Shown piece by piece: positions 1 to 10,213 of a DNA stretch of 64,000 nucleotides; within the stretch, counting starts at the first letter, position 1; each line of letters starts with the position of its first letter. The notes under the pieces were generated by a model, which saw nothing but the letters and a program-made list of their open reading frames with translations, did not search any database and was not told the origin of the DNA. Source of the DNA: Nitrospirota bacterium (GTDB taxonomy: Bacteria; Nitrospirota; Thermodesulfovibrionia; Thermodesulfovibrionales; JdFR-86); the NCBI GenBank assembly GCA_963721805.1, contig CAVRJY010000001.1:32001-96000 (forward strand). The letters run 5' to 3'. A program made the position numbers and the translations under genes.

Positions 1-2
1 AC

Positions 3-497
3 GAGATCGGCCGCGTCACGAGAAAGCTCCACGACTCGATAAGCGACTTCCGCCAGGCGCTCGACCCCCGCATAAAGATGATGGCCAACGAGGACGTCCC
101 CAACGCGGTCGACAACCTCCAGTTCGTGATGAAGAAGACCGAGGAGGCCGCCAACAAGACGATGACCATTGTCGAGAAATACCTCGGCTCGCAGCCCGAG
201 TACACCAAGCACCTCCAGAGCGTCATCGGCACGCCCGAGACGATGCAGTACCTCGAGCGGTTCAACCGCGAGCTTTTCTCGGACCTCACCGACATACTGG
301 TCGCGCAGGAGTTTCAGGACATCACCGGCCAGACGATCCGCAAGGTCATCGACCTCGTTAACGCGGTCGAGACCGAGCTGGTGAGCCTGATCGCGACCTT
401 CGGCGTCAAGATCGAAGAGGGCGAGGCCGAGGTGGTGGTGCCTGAGATCGTGGTCCAGTCGGACGTCGAGGACCTGCTCAAGGAATTCGGCTTCTGA
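3..497 (+). CDS. cheZ: Chemotaxis phosphatase CheZ (5' truncated by window edge)
   Basis: Frame is open from nt 3 (EIGRVTRKLHDSI...). Contains AQEFQDITGQTIRKVI and the C-terminal QSDVEDLLKEFGF peptide typical of CheZ. Confidence 0.85.
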   Translation, partial: EIGRVTRKLHDSISDFRQALDPRIKMMANEDVPNAVDNLQFVMKKTEEAANKTMTIVEKYLGSQPEYTKHLQSVIGTPETMQYLERFNRELFSDLTDILVAQEFQDITGQTIRKVIDLVNAVETELVSLIATFGVKIEEGEAEVVVPEIVVQSDVEDLLKEFGF

Positions 498-1546
498 TGG
501 CGGTTAAGGTACTGATAGTAGACGACTCGGCCTTCATGCGCACGGCGCTTAGCAGCATGCTCGGCTCCGACCGCGAGATACAGGTGGTCGGCATGGCCAA
601 GGACGGCCTGGAGGCCATCGCCAAGGTCAAGACCCTGCGGCCCGACATCGTGACGATGGACATCGAGATGCCGCGCATGGACGGCCTGCACGCGCTTAAG
701 GTCATAATGGCCGAAAACCCGGTCCCGGTCATCATGGTCAGCTCGCTCACGAACGAGGGGGCCAAGGTCACGCTCGAGTGCCTCGAGGCCGGCGCGCTGG
801 ACTTCATACCCAAAAACCTCTCTGAGCTCTCTGTCAACATCCTCAAGATCAAAGAGATCCTGATAGACAAGATCAAGAAGCTCTCGACGAAGAAGCTCGC
901 GCGCATCCCCCGAAGCGCCGTAACGGCAGAGCGCCACGACCTGACGCCGCTTACCCTGCGCGCCACCGGGGAGAGGAAGGCCGGGGTGCTCGCCATAGGC
1001 ACCTCCACCGGCGGGCCTAAGGCCCTGCAGGAGATCATCCCCCGGTTTCCCAAGGACTTCCCGGTGCCGATTGTCATAGCCCAGCACATGCCGCCGAACT
1101 TCACCGGCCCGTTCGCCGAGCGCTTAAACCAGCTCAGCCAGATAGAGGTCCGCGAGGCGAAGGAAGGCGACGTCCTCAAGCCGGGCCTCGCCCTCGTCGC
1201 CCCGGGCGGCGGGCATATGAGGGTCAAAAAACAGACCGCCATCGAGGTCGCGGTCACGCTCACGACCGACCGCGAGGAGTTCATCTACCGCCCGTCGGTC
1301 GACGCGCTGATGGCCTCGGTCGCCGAGTGCTACCCGGGCCGCACGCTCGCGGTGATACTCACCGGCATGGGCAACGACGGCCTCAAGGGCATCGAGAAGG
1401 TCAAGAAGAGCGGCGGCAGGATATTCGCCCAGAACGAGCAGTCGTGCGTCGTCTACGGAATGCCGAAGGCAGTTGTAGACGCGGGGCTGGCCGACAAGGT
1501 ATTATCTATCGAGGAGATCGCGGGCGAGATCATAAACGCGATCTGA
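497..1546 (+). CDS. cheB: Chemotaxis methylesterase CheB (REC + esterase)
   Basis: REC domain plus GTSTGGP, QHMP and LTGMGNDG esterase motifs. Confidence 0.95.
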   Translation: MAVKVLIVDDSAFMRTALSSMLGSDREIQVVGMAKDGLEAIAKVKTLRPDIVTMDIEMPRMDGLHALKVIMAENPVPVIMVSSLTNEGAKVTLECLEAGALDFIPKNLSELSVNILKIKEILIDKIKKLSTKKLARIPRSAVTAERHDLTPLTLRATGERKAGVLAIGTSTGGPKALQEIIPRFPKDFPVPIVIAQHMPPNFTGPFAERLNQLSQIEVREAKEGDVLKPGLALVAPGGGHMRVKKQTAIEVAVTLTTDREEFIYRPSVDALMASVAECYPGRTLAVILTGMGNDGLKGIEKVKKSGGRIFAQNEQSCVVYGMPKAVVDAGLADKVLSIEEIAGEIINAI

Positions 1547-1591
1547 TCTGACTTGACCGGGAGATCCCGGGGGCGACAAAAGGAGGCATCC

Positions 1592-2083
1592 ATGGAAGCG
1601 CTTACGACTACCGCAGGTGAGATACTGCAGCTCGTCACCTTCACGCTCGGCAACGAGGAGTACGCGGTCGACATCCTCAAGGTCCAGGAGATCAACCGCA
1701 TGACCGAGGTCGCGAAGGTCCCGAACTCGCCCTCATACGTCGAGGGGGTCATCAACCTGCGCGGCAGGGTCATCCCGGTCGTCAACCTCCGCAGCCGCTT
1801 CGGCCTCGGCGAAAAGGAGATGGACGAGCGCTCCCGCATCATGATAATGGACATCCAGGGGCTGACGATCGGGGTCGTCGTCGATGCGGTCTCGGAGGTC
1901 CTGCGCATACCGTCCAACACCGTCGAGCCCGCACCGCACATGGCCTCGGACATAGGCACGGAATTCATACGCGGCATAGCGAAGCTCGACGACAGGCTGA
2001 TCATACTGATCGACATGGATCAGATCATTGACAGGCCGGAACGGGCGGGCATAGTCGGGTCCACTAAGGCGATTGAGTACTAG
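1592..2083 (+). CDS. cheW: Chemotaxis coupling protein CheW
   Basis: QLVTFTLGNEEYAVDILKVQEI and GVINLRGRVIPV; AGGAGG RBS before ATG 1592. Confidence 0.93.
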   Translation: MEALTTTAGEILQLVTFTLGNEEYAVDILKVQEINRMTEVAKVPNSPSYVEGVINLRGRVIPVVNLRSRFGLGEKEMDERSRIMIMDIQGLTIGVVVDAVSEVLRIPSNTVEPAPHMASDIGTEFIRGIAKLDDRLIILIDMDQIIDRPERAGIVGSTKAIEY

Positions 2084-2110
2084 TACGCGCTGACCGCGGT
2101 CGGAACATTA

Positions 2111-2137
2111 CGGGGGGCCGCTGGCCCCCCTTTTTTA
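2111..2137 (+). terminator. Rho-independent terminator after cheW
   Basis: GGGGGGCC-GCT-GGCCCCCC hairpin followed by TTTTTT. Confidence 0.8.
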
Positions 2138-2169
2138 TGCCCCCTATTAACCGCTCCCGCTTATTCGTG

Positions 2170-2336
2170 AAAGCGCTCCAAATCGCTTGATACTTCGTTG
2201 GGCTTCAAAGACTCGCCCTCTATGTACGCCCAAGTACACCATCGGGCGGTCTTCTCGCCCTGCCTCGTCTGAAGACGATTTGGGCGCGCTTTGCGGGGAG
2301 TAAAGAAGCCCCCGCGCCCCCGCGGTCAACGGCGTT
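2170..2336 (-). repeat. R element copy 1 (subtype A)
   Basis: Near-identical to copies at 11175, 20792, 40413, 41680, 43336 and 48564. Confidence 0.9.
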
Positions 2337-2394
2337 ATAATATTTTGCATTCACGCGTTTCAAGTTTCGGAGTGTTATAGCGGGTAGGTTGTTC

Positions 2395-2573
2395 AATCAA
2401 TGCCGTTGACCGCTCGCACGATTAAGCATCGGAAACTTAAAGCGCGATAAATCGCGTCAGACTAGGAACGGCGAGCGGGCCAACCGGAGGCGTATATGGA
2501 CATACGTTGAGGATTGGGCCCGCTTGGTCAAATAGTGCCGTGACGCAGTATCACGCGCATTTAGCGCGACTTT
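2395..2573 (+). repeat. R element copy 2 (subtype B)
   Basis: Begins AATCAATGCCGTTGACC; stem AAAGCGCGATAAATCG...ATTTAGCGCGACTTT; homologous to 58681-58864. Confidence 0.85.
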
Positions 2574-2625
2574 CAAATATGGTATCATTAAAGCTCATTT
2601 TTTCACTTCGGGGGTATAACCAGCT

Positions 2626-3222
2626 ATGGCAAGAATTGAGCGTTGCGTTATCAGCGTTTTCGACAAGACCGGAGTAGTCGAGCTCGCCCGCGAACTAAGC
2701 GCGCTGGGCGTCGAGATCCTCTCCACCGGAGGCACCAGCCGCACGATCAAGGCGGCCGGAGTGCCCGTGAAGGACGTATCGGAGCACACCGGCTTCCCCG
2801 AGATGATGGACGGCCGCGTAAAAACCCTTCACCCCAAGGTCCATGGCGGCCTGCTCGCGCGGCGCCGAAACCCGAAGGACATCGCCGAGATGGCAGCCAA
2901 CGGCATCCTCCCGATAGACCTCGTCGTAGTGAACCTCTACCCGTTTGAGAAGGTCACCGCTAAAGAGGGGGTCACGTTCGAGGACGCGATAGAGAACATC
3001 GACATCGGGGGCCCGACGATGCTGCGCGCGGCCGCCAAGAACTTCGAGGACGTGACCGTGGTGGTCGACCCGGCGGACTATGCGCCCATATTAAGCGAGA
3101 TGAAGGCCAACGGCGGGGCGACGACGCGTGAGACACGCTACCGGCTTTGCAGGAAGGTGTTCGCGACGACCTCGCGGTACGACTCGATCATCAGCGCGTA
3201 TCTGGAGAAGACCCCGCTATGA
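2626..3222 (+). CDS. purH: IMP cyclohydrolase (stand-alone PurH N-terminal MGS-like domain)
   Basis: [39 protein letters not shown]. Only 198 aa; the stop overlaps the purD start. Confidence 0.88.
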   Translation: MARIERCVISVFDKTGVVELARELSALGVEILSTGGTSRTIKAAGVPVKDVSEHTGFPEMMDGRVKTLHPKVHGGLLARRRNPKDIAEMAANGILPIDLVVVNLYPFEKVTAKEGVTFEDAIENIDIGGPTMLRAAAKNFEDVTVVVDPADYAPILSEMKANGGATTRETRYRLCRKVFATTSRYDSIISAYLEKTPL

Positions 3223-4490
3223 AGGTCCTCGTAATTGGCGGAGGGGGCAGGGAGCACGCGATCTGCTGGGCGCTCTCGCGCTCGCGGAGCGTGGACAAGA
3301 TCTTCTGCGCTCCCGGAAACGCCGGTATCTCCTCCATCGCGGAATGCATAGACATCAAGCCCACGGACTTCGGCGCGCTTCTGGACTTCGTCAAGTACGA
3401 GTGGATCGAATTAACCATAGTAGGCCCGGAGGTGCCGCTCTCTATGGGCATCGCCGACGCGTTTGAGAAGGAGGGCCGCAGGATAGTCGGCCCTACGCGC
3501 GCCGCGGCGCAGCTTGAAAGCAGCAAGGCCTTCGCCAAGGACTTCATGCGCCGCCACGGGATTCCGACCGCCGCATACAACACCTTCACCTCATACACCC
3601 AGGCCGAGGACTACATCCGCCTCAAGGGCGGCCCGATGGTCATAAAGGCCGACGGCCTCGCCGCGGGCAAGGGCGTCATCATGGCCCAGACGTACGACGA
3701 GGCGATAGACGCGATACGCATGATACTTAAAGACCGCGCGTTCGGCGAGGCCGGCGAGCGCGTCGTGATCGAGGAGTGCCTCACCGGCGAGGAGGCCTCG
3801 TTCATCGCCTTTACGGACGGCCACAAGATCGTCCCGATGGCGAGCTCACAAGACCACAAGCGCATATTCGACCGCGATGAGGGCCCGAACACCGGGGGGA
3901 TGGGCGCATACAGCCCGGCCCCGGTCGTGACCCCGGCGCTCGAGACCGAGATCATGGAGCGGATCATGTACCCTGTGCTGCGCGGGATGCGCAACGACGG
4001 GATCGTGTATAAGGGCGCGCTGTACGCCGGTGTCATGGTCAAGGATGGAAAGCCCTCTGTGCTGGAGTTCAACTGCCGCCTCGGCGACCCCGAGACGCAG
4101 CCGATACTGGCGCGCCTGGAGACGGATTTTGTCGATCTCTGCCTCGCGGTGACGGACGGCAAGCTCGCGGAGCTTGAGCTAAAGTGGCGTCAGGAGGCCG
4201 CGGTATGCGTCGTGATGGCCGCGGCCGGGTATCCGGGCGAATACAAAAAAGGCATCCCGATAGAGGGGCTCGATGCGGCCTCTTCGATGCAGGACGTGGT
4301 CGTATTCCATGCCGGAACGGGATACCGCGACGGGAAGATCGTGACCGCCGGGGGCCGCGTGCTAGGCGTGACCGCGCTTGGCGAGGATATCGCCGCGGCG
4401 AAGGCGCGGGCGTACGAGGCGGTCGGGAAGATAAGATTCGAGGGCGCGCAGTACAGGCGCGACATCGCTGACAGGGCCGTGGGTCGGTAG
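3219..4490 (+). CDS. purD: Phosphoribosylamine-glycine ligase
   Basis: [49 protein letters not shown]. Confidence 0.96.
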   Translation: MKVLVIGGGGREHAICWALSRSRSVDKIFCAPGNAGISSIAECIDIKPTDFGALLDFVKYEWIELTIVGPEVPLSMGIADAFEKEGRRIVGPTRAAAQLESSKAFAKDFMRRHGIPTAAYNTFTSYTQAEDYIRLKGGPMVIKADGLAAGKGVIMAQTYDEAIDAIRMILKDRAFGEAGERVVIEECLTGEEASFIAFTDGHKIVPMASSQDHKRIFDRDEGPNTGGMGAYSPAPVVTPALETEIMERIMYPVLRGMRNDGIVYKGALYAGVMVKDGKPSVLEFNCRLGDPETQPILARLETDFVDLCLAVTDGKLAELELKWRQEAAVCVVMAAAGYPGEYKKGIPIEGLDAASSMQDVVVFHAGTGYRDGKIVTAGGRVLGVTALGEDIAAAKARAYEAVGKIRFEGAQYRRDIADRAVGR

Positions 4491-4529
4491 TTCGATCCAA
4501 ATTCTCGCTGCGCTCGGATTTGGATCGGG
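4491..4529. repeat. Intergenic hairpin with TCGCTGCGCTC loop
   Basis: GATCCAAATTC-TCGCTGCGCTC-GGATTTGGATC; related hairpin at 19664-19698. Confidence 0.65.
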
Positions 4530-4566
4530 CGTTAACGACACAATACATGCGACAGGGGGTGGGCAG

Positions 4567-5058
4567 ATGCAGGTGCTTATATTGATGGGCTCGGACTCGG
4601 ACTTGCAGGTGATGGAGGAGGCAGCGAAGGCGCTCGAGTCCTTCGGCATCTCGTACAAGCTCACGATAGCCTCCGCGCACCGCACCCCGGAGCGCGCGGC
4701 CAGGCTCGTGGCCGAGGCCGAGAAGAAGGGCGCGTACGCGATCATCTGCGGCGCGGGGATGGCCGCGCACCTGGCAGGGAACGTCGCCGCCAATACGATC
4801 CTCCCCGTGATCGGCGTGCCGATCAGCTCGTCCACCCTTAACGGCATGGACGCCCTGCTCTCAACCGTGCAGATGCCGCCCGGCGTGCCCGTGGCGACCG
4901 TATCGATAGGCAAGGCCGGGGCGCGCAACGCCGCGATACTCGCGATACAGATCATCGCGCGCTCGGACAAGGGGCTCGCCCAGAAGCTCCGCGCGTACAA
5001 GAAGCGCATGGCCGACGAAGTCACGAAGAAGGCCGCCACGCTGGAGCGTGAGGGCTGA
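4567..5058 (+). CDS. purE: N5-CAIR mutase
   Basis: ILMGSDSD, SAHRTP, AGMAAHLAG, LLSTVQMPPGVPVATV. Confidence 0.96.
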   Translation: MQVLILMGSDSDLQVMEEAAKALESFGISYKLTIASAHRTPERAARLVAEAEKKGAYAIICGAGMAAHLAGNVAANTILPVIGVPISSSTLNGMDALLSTVQMPPGVPVATVSIGKAGARNAAILAIQIIARSDKGLAQKLRAYKKRMADEVTKKAATLEREG

Positions 5059-5606
5059 TGGACTGTAACCCGCCCGAGGGGGCTTCGCAGAGAAGCGGCG
5101 GGGCCGAGGCCCCGAAGCTCGACGACCTGATCGACCTCTCGTACCGGGCCGAGCGCGAGGCGATGCGGTTTTATGAGGGCCTCGCGGTGAAGTTCCGCCA
5201 CCTGCCCGAGATCGCGGAGTTCTGGCGCGGCCTGGCCGCGGACGAGGAGGAGCACATAGAGATCGTCGACGAGATCCGCACGCAGATCCCGGAGGATGAC
5301 CTGCACCGCCTGGTCGACGCGGGGCTCGCGGCGAGGGCCACGCAGTTTCTGAGCTTCAGCGCGCCTGAGGTCCTAAAGGACATCCACACGCTCGAGGACG
5401 CCTACCGCTTCGCGGTGAACCTAGAGTACTCCGAGCTCAACAAGCTCCTGAGCATGCTCGTCGACGACACCGTGGCCGAGGAGGCCGAGCGGCTGCGCAT
5501 CAACGAGATGGTCCGCGGGCATCAGGGGAAGTTCAAGAAATTCGCGGCGCTGTTCGGCGACTCGGTCTGGCGGCGCGGCATCGAGGCCGTCGAGCCCGGG
5601 GACTAG
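5058..5606 (+). CDS. Ferritin-like/rubrerythrin-family protein
   Basis: ExEAMRFY...LAADEEEH diiron-type motifs. Confidence 0.6.
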   Translation: MDCNPPEGASQRSGGAEAPKLDDLIDLSYRAEREAMRFYEGLAVKFRHLPEIAEFWRGLAADEEEHIEIVDEIRTQIPEDDLHRLVDAGLAARATQFLSFSAPEVLKDIHTLEDAYRFAVNLEYSELNKLLSMLVDDTVAEEAERLRINEMVRGHQGKFKKFAALFGDSVWRRGIEAVEPGD

Positions 5607-5728
5607 CCCTTCACGCGTAGCGCTGCCGCAGCCGTTATCCATCACAAACCCGCGCCAATCATTACTGCCGGCATAATTTCTGCTATAATTTAGACGCCGT
5701 TACATCCGCGCCAGGGGACAGACAGATC

Positions 5729-7096
5729 TTGGAAGGCACCGTCAGGACATTTAAGCCGATCGAATACATCATGGGGCGCATCGCCGCCAAGCAGCAGGAC
5801 TTCGAGCGCTACGGCTTTGACGAGGACGAGAACAACGCCTTCAAGATATTCTTCGACCTCGCGCAGGAGCTGCCCCGCAAGGAGGAGCTGCTAAACCTCT
5901 GCGTGGCGATCCCGAAGATCGTCTTCGGCGTCGAGGCGAGGCTATACCTCGTCGGCGCGGGCGGCGTGGCGCTGGACCTCGCGGCCACGACCGACGGCAA
6001 GGGCGACGCCGACACCCTGGCCGTATCGAAGCTCATCGCCCCGGCCCTCATCCGCGAGACCGCATACGCCCTGCCGATCCGGGGCAACCACTCCCTGATC
6101 GACCAGCTCCCGTTTCAGACCAGGGACGACCTGATCGGCGCGCTCGTGATCGAGCCGTTCACCGGAGAGGTCGCGCGGCGCACCCTGTTTTTCGAGAAGT
6201 ACTCAAACCGCATAGGGTATAACGTCCATAACCGCTTCCTCGTGGAGAAGAACGTCGAGCACCTGAGGTTCATCCGCAACCTCGTGGCCGACATCGAGCA
6301 CAACATCATCGCGCCGAACATCGTCTACAGCCTCTACCTGCGCAACCTCAAGGCCAAGATCAAGAAGAACACCGCGCTCGAGACAGACCTGAAGAATGCC
6401 GTAAACAGCGGCAGCCCGACCCCCACCGAGCTCAGCCGCATGATCGGCGAGATCGAGGAGGTCAACCGGGGGCTCGGCACGGAGCTCGACAACATGGAGC
6501 GGCACTACCGCAACATGAGTCTCTTTTTGGAGACGCTGCTGCGGCGCAGCCACTTCGAGCACGGACGGCTGATGCCGCGCACCCGGCTCTGCAACATGAA
6601 GCGCGACGTCCTGATGCCGCAGATCGAGCAGTACCGCGAGCGATTCCAGAACCTCGGCATCGACATCAACGAGCGGACATCGGGCATCCCGGACGAGGAG
6701 ACCGTCAGCACCGTCGACGTGGGGCTGCTCTCGCAGGTCTACGCCAACCTCTTCAGCAACGCGCTTAAGTACACGCAGGAGGTCCAGGACGGCCACCCGA
6801 TGAAGTACATGTCATACGGTTACGAGATCCTCAAGAACCACTTTGGCGACGGCAAGGACGGGATGAAGTACAACGTCTACACGACCGGCCCGCACCTGCA
6901 CCCGGACGAGCACGAAAAGATCTTCGAGGTCGGCTACAGGGGCCGCGATACGGCTGACCGGCCCGGCACGGGACATGGCCTGGCGTTCATCAAAAACGTG
7001 ATCGAGATACATGGCGGGACGGTTGGATATGAACCGACGCAGTATGGCAATAACTTTTATTTTATCCTGCCTAAGGAGACGAAGAAGGCCGCGTAA
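5729..7096 (+). CDS. Sensor histidine kinase (HATPase_c)
   Basis: NLFSNALKY N-box, GTGHGLAF G2 box, IHGG. Confidence 0.85.
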   Translation: MEGTVRTFKPIEYIMGRIAAKQQDFERYGFDEDENNAFKIFFDLAQELPRKEELLNLCVAIPKIVFGVEARLYLVGAGGVALDLAATTDGKGDADTLAVSKLIAPALIRETAYALPIRGNHSLIDQLPFQTRDDLIGALVIEPFTGEVARRTLFFEKYSNRIGYNVHNRFLVEKNVEHLRFIRNLVADIEHNIIAPNIVYSLYLRNLKAKIKKNTALETDLKNAVNSGSPTPTELSRMIGEIEEVNRGLGTELDNMERHYRNMSLFLETLLRRSHFEHGRLMPRTRLCNMKRDVLMPQIEQYRERFQNLGIDINERTSGIPDEETVSTVDVGLLSQVYANLFSNALKYTQEVQDGHPMKYMSYGYEILKNHFGDGKDGMKYNVYTTGPHLHPDEHEKIFEVGYRGRDTADRPGTGHGLAFIKNVIEIHGGTVGYEPTQYGNNFYFILPKETKKAA

Positions 7097-7105
7097 GGGG
7101 CGGGC

Positions 7106-7330
7106 TTACGCCGCCTGAAGCTTTTTGCCCATCGGCAGGAGGATGTCCTTAAAGACCTTTGAGGCTCCGAAGACTTCCACCCCTATTAGGTTGCCGTCGG
7201 CGTCAAGCTCCATGTTTACGCCAGGCGAGACCTCGACCACCTCGGCCTCATGCCCCTCGCGGGAAAGATAAAGTATGTCTTCAGCCTCGTCGTAATGCGC
7301 CTCAAAACCTTCCATCAGATAGCCCTCCAT
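7106..7330 (-). CDS. DUF2283-like small protein (putative antitoxin)
   Basis: YDEAEDILYL...ELDADGNLIGVEV pattern; overlaps the upstream small ORF. Confidence 0.7.
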   Translation of the reverse strand: MEGYLMEGFEAHYDEAEDILYLSREGHEAEVVEVSPGVNMELDADGNLIGVEVFGASKVFKDILLPMGKKLQAA

Positions 7331-7596
7331 CTTCCGGAGGCCAGCCTGTTTTCGAGCTGGCCGTCCTTTAGCGGATGTATTGTTAATAGTTTAACATAGC
7401 CGTCTTCTTCTCGATAGGCCACCATGACGTCACGCACTTTCCCGTACAGCTCCGCCCTATCCACTGCGATGCGGTGGCTGGTCTCGGTGTCCAGAAATCT
7501 CTGCGCTGCTTCGCGACATATCCTCTCAGGCAAGGCTCGCTCTATCCCCCTGAGCCTGAGCCGCACCTCGATATGCTGCGAATACTCGATTGTCAT
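7315..7596 (-). CDS. DUF4258-like small protein (putative RelE-fold toxin)
   Basis: IEYSQHIEVRLRLRGI...LLTIHP; two-gene arrangement with the DUF2283-like gene. Confidence 0.55.
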   Translation of the reverse strand: MTIEYSQHIEVRLRLRGIERALPERICREAAQRFLDTETSHRIAVDRAELYGKVRDVMVAYREEDGYVKLLTIHPLKDGQLENRLASGRWRAI

Positions 7597-7669
7597 TTCA
7601 CCGCTTCCCCTCCACTATCGCAATCTCGTCATATTATATCCGAGCGATGGCGGGGATTGGATAATTATC

Positions 7670-7696
7670 TCGTGCGAGCGGTCAACGGCATTGATT
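7670..7696 (-). repeat. R element 5'-end fragment (subtype B)
   Basis: Reverse complement is identical over 27 nt to 2395-2421 (AATCAATGCCGTTGACCGCTCGCACGA). Confidence 0.85.
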
Positions 7697-7768
7697 ATGT
7701 ATCGCGTTTTCGGGGGGTAACGTGGCCAAGCCGCTGCCTTGGCCTCTGTGAAATTGGAGTGGGAAAGA

Positions 7769-8215
7769 TCAGGCTTTATTCCCAGCGTCGGAAAAAAATT
7801 TATTAATTTTGCGAGTGAGTTGAACATTATCGATTAACTGACATTCCCATACTACCAATACTTGCCATCCAAGTTTTTTCAGTTGCTTAACGTTTATTCT
7901 GTCTCGGTCGATATTTCTTTGAATTTTGGGTATCCAATAATCAACATTCGACTTAGGTTTTCTTCTTCCTTCCTTGCAGCTATGTCCGTGCCAAAAGCAG
8001 CCATTGATAAAGATAGCCTTTTTCTTTTTGAGCCATGCTAAGTCTGGTTTCCCCGGTAAATCCGCCCTATATAGACGATATCCAGCATATCCGAGTCTCC
8101 ATACAATACGGCGGATTTGCAGCTCAGACATGGTGTTTTTTGCACGTATCTGGCGCATATTGTGTGATCGTCTTAGCGGGTCGATATTATCCATAACGCT
8201 TAGCCCTCTTGTCAT
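7769..8215 (-). CDS. vsr: Very short patch repair endonuclease
   Basis: RSHNMRQIRAKNT, LPGKPD, FINGCFWHGH, YWIPKIQRNIDRD, LGWQVLVVWEC. Confidence 0.93.
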   Translation of the reverse strand: MTRGLSVMDNIDPLRRSHNMRQIRAKNTMSELQIRRIVWRLGYAGYRLYRADLPGKPDLAWLKKKKAIFINGCFWHGHSCKEGRRKPKSNVDYWIPKIQRNIDRDRINVKQLKKLGWQVLVVWECQLIDNVQLTRKINKFFSDAGNKA

Positions 8216-8248
8216 TAATGCATGGCGTAATTGCTGGGCTAAATAGGG

Positions 8249-9109
8249 CTAAACTGCAAGGTCTAAAGGTAAATCAGAAATATCCTTTAGCCTCTTGCCT
8301 TCAACCATTATTTTTAAAAGCTCCATTGCTTCTTCATTTTGAAGAGTATTTACTCTTTCTTGGAGTTCATGTAAGGCAAAATGATATACACAATCAATTT
8401 CGCCAGTTCCTAACGCAATGGAAGATAACCGGCTGGGAAGAGGCTCTGCGGTAACAACAACAATATGCGGCAGATGCCCTTTTCGGTTCTTTATAAGATT
8501 GAGCGCTTCAGAGCGGCTATTCTGGCTTCTATCGGAGCGGATAGTCCATTTGGATGAGATGGAGGCATGCAAAAGTGGTTTGCCTCCGTTTGCCTTTCGC
8601 AGATCGGCTTTTCTTGCAACAGATTCATCAACCAATATATTAGTTTTATTGATTTCATCATCCTCAAGCAGATGGCGTATTATGATCACATCGGGTGTTA
8701 TAGTGTAATCGCTACCCAAAGAAGCGGCAAGCTCTGGATCATGTTTCGCCGCTTTGTCTAACGCTATGAGATGCTTATATTGCTCAAACTCAGCAATTGC
8801 AAGGCGGTTTCGATTTCCGATCCTTCGAATTTCCCATCTGCCGGGCCTAATATTGCCAAGAGCAAGAAAGGTTTCTTGAATATAATCTGCTGTGATTGCT
8901 TCAAACTCAGACCCGCTTGTTTGGCCCGCCAAGCGTTTACCGGTTTCACTTTGTAGTTTCTCTGCTATTCCAGAGGCGATACGTACTGAAAGCTTATTAT
9001 CCTTGTCAGCATTGCTGGGAATGCCATGGGCGTCAATTGTCAAAACGGACTCTAACAGCTTTGCATGGAATTTTTTGCGAGCCTTAGCGATAAAAGATTC
9101 TTTAGGCAT
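8249..9109 (-). CDS. Type II restriction endonuclease, NgoMIV family
   Basis: GQTSGSEFE, LGSDYTITPD, LHASISSKWTIRSDRSQNSRSEALNL motifs. ATG at 9109 overlaps the MTase TGA; 286 aa. Confidence 0.85.
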   Translation of the reverse strand: MPKESFIAKARKKFHAKLLESVLTIDAHGIPSNADKDNKLSVRIASGIAEKLQSETGKRLAGQTSGSEFEAITADYIQETFLALGNIRPGRWEIRRIGNRNRLAIAEFEQYKHLIALDKAAKHDPELAASLGSDYTITPDVIIIRHLLEDDEINKTNILVDESVARKADLRKANGGKPLLHASISSKWTIRSDRSQNSRSEALNLIKNRKGHLPHIVVVTAEPLPSRLSSIALGTGEIDCVYHFALHELQERVNTLQNEEAMELLKIMVEGKRLKDISDLPLDLAV

Positions 9110-10071
9110 CAGATCACCTTCTTCAATTTTCTTTTTGATGCTAACTCCATTGCGGACTTTATTTGATATCCTACAGCGCACGCTACCGGTGAAGGAAAAG
9201 CATTGCCTACCTGCCGGTATGCAGCTGTCTTCTTTCCGTGAAATTGCCATTCATCTGGAAAGCCTTGTATGCGGGCGGCCATCCGCACCGTTAAGCGTGG
9301 CATACCTATAAAATCACGATCAGGCGCAAGGTCAGCGATTCCGTGGCCATCAACGCCCAAACTGGCCCATGCACGTTTTGCACGCGTCGGGCCTAAATCT
9401 GGCCCTCCATGTTTCTTGCTGCCACCGACCAGCGTTGGGGCAATGTCACAGGCGCGTTCTCTCCAGGATTTAGCGCCTCTCCAGCCACGCTCTGCCATTA
9501 GGTCAAATAAAACTTTCCCAACAGAAGGCGGATTGAGCTTGTATGGTTCAGGCCAATTGAAGTGATCAGCCAGATCGCTTCGCAATGCAACAAAAACCAC
9601 GCGTGGGCGCAGCTGCGGAACCCCATAATCACAGGCATTCAAAAGACGCCACTCGGTTGAATAGCCAAGCTTGCGTAGTGCTTTCACGATGCCCGCCCGA
9701 TATTCGTCAAAGACAGTATCGAGCAAGCCTCGGACGTTTTCAAGCATAACGGCGCGTGGACGGCATTCGCTAATAAGCCGAATCGCTTCTGGAAACAAAT
9801 CCCGCTCATCTTCATCCCCGAGCTGCTTACCTGCTTTAGAAAATGGCGGACAAGGAACACCCCCGGCAATCAGATCAACTCCGGCATAGTGCTTCGCGTT
9901 GAAATCCTTAATATCACCTTCAAGCACCATCCATCCCGGACGGTTGAGCCTAAGTGTAGCGCAGGCAGATGGGTCAATCTCAACAAGACACGCGTGCTCA
10001 AACCCGGCCACCTCCAAGCCCAAAGCCTGGCCGCCAGCACCAGCACATATCTCAATCGACGTTAACGGCAT
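9109..10071 (-). CDS. DNA (cytosine-5)-methyltransferase, cognate to the NgoMIV-like REase
   Basis: EICAGAGG (motif I), GGVPCPPFS (IV), ENVRG (VI), QLRPR (VIII), YRQVGNA (X). Confidence 0.93.
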   Translation of the reverse strand: MPLTSIEICAGAGGQALGLEVAGFEHACLVEIDPSACATLRLNRPGWMVLEGDIKDFNAKHYAGVDLIAGGVPCPPFSKAGKQLGDEDERDLFPEAIRLISECRPRAVMLENVRGLLDTVFDEYRAGIVKALRKLGYSTEWRLLNACDYGVPQLRPRVVFVALRSDLADHFNWPEPYKLNPPSVGKVLFDLMAERGWRGAKSWRERACDIAPTLVGGSKKHGGPDLGPTRAKRAWASLGVDGHGIADLAPDRDFIGMPRLTVRMAARIQGFPDEWQFHGKKTAAYRQVGNAFPSPVACAVGYQIKSAMELASKRKLKKVI

Positions 10072-10213
10072 GTATTTCGAGCTATAATTATTATGCGGAA
10101 TCCCATGAGATATTCTAACAGACTACAATCGCATTGTGTCAAAAAATGAAGCACTCTGTGTTATAAACGTCGGCCCATTAGATGCCATATGCTTCCCCTT
10201 TCCACTAACCATA

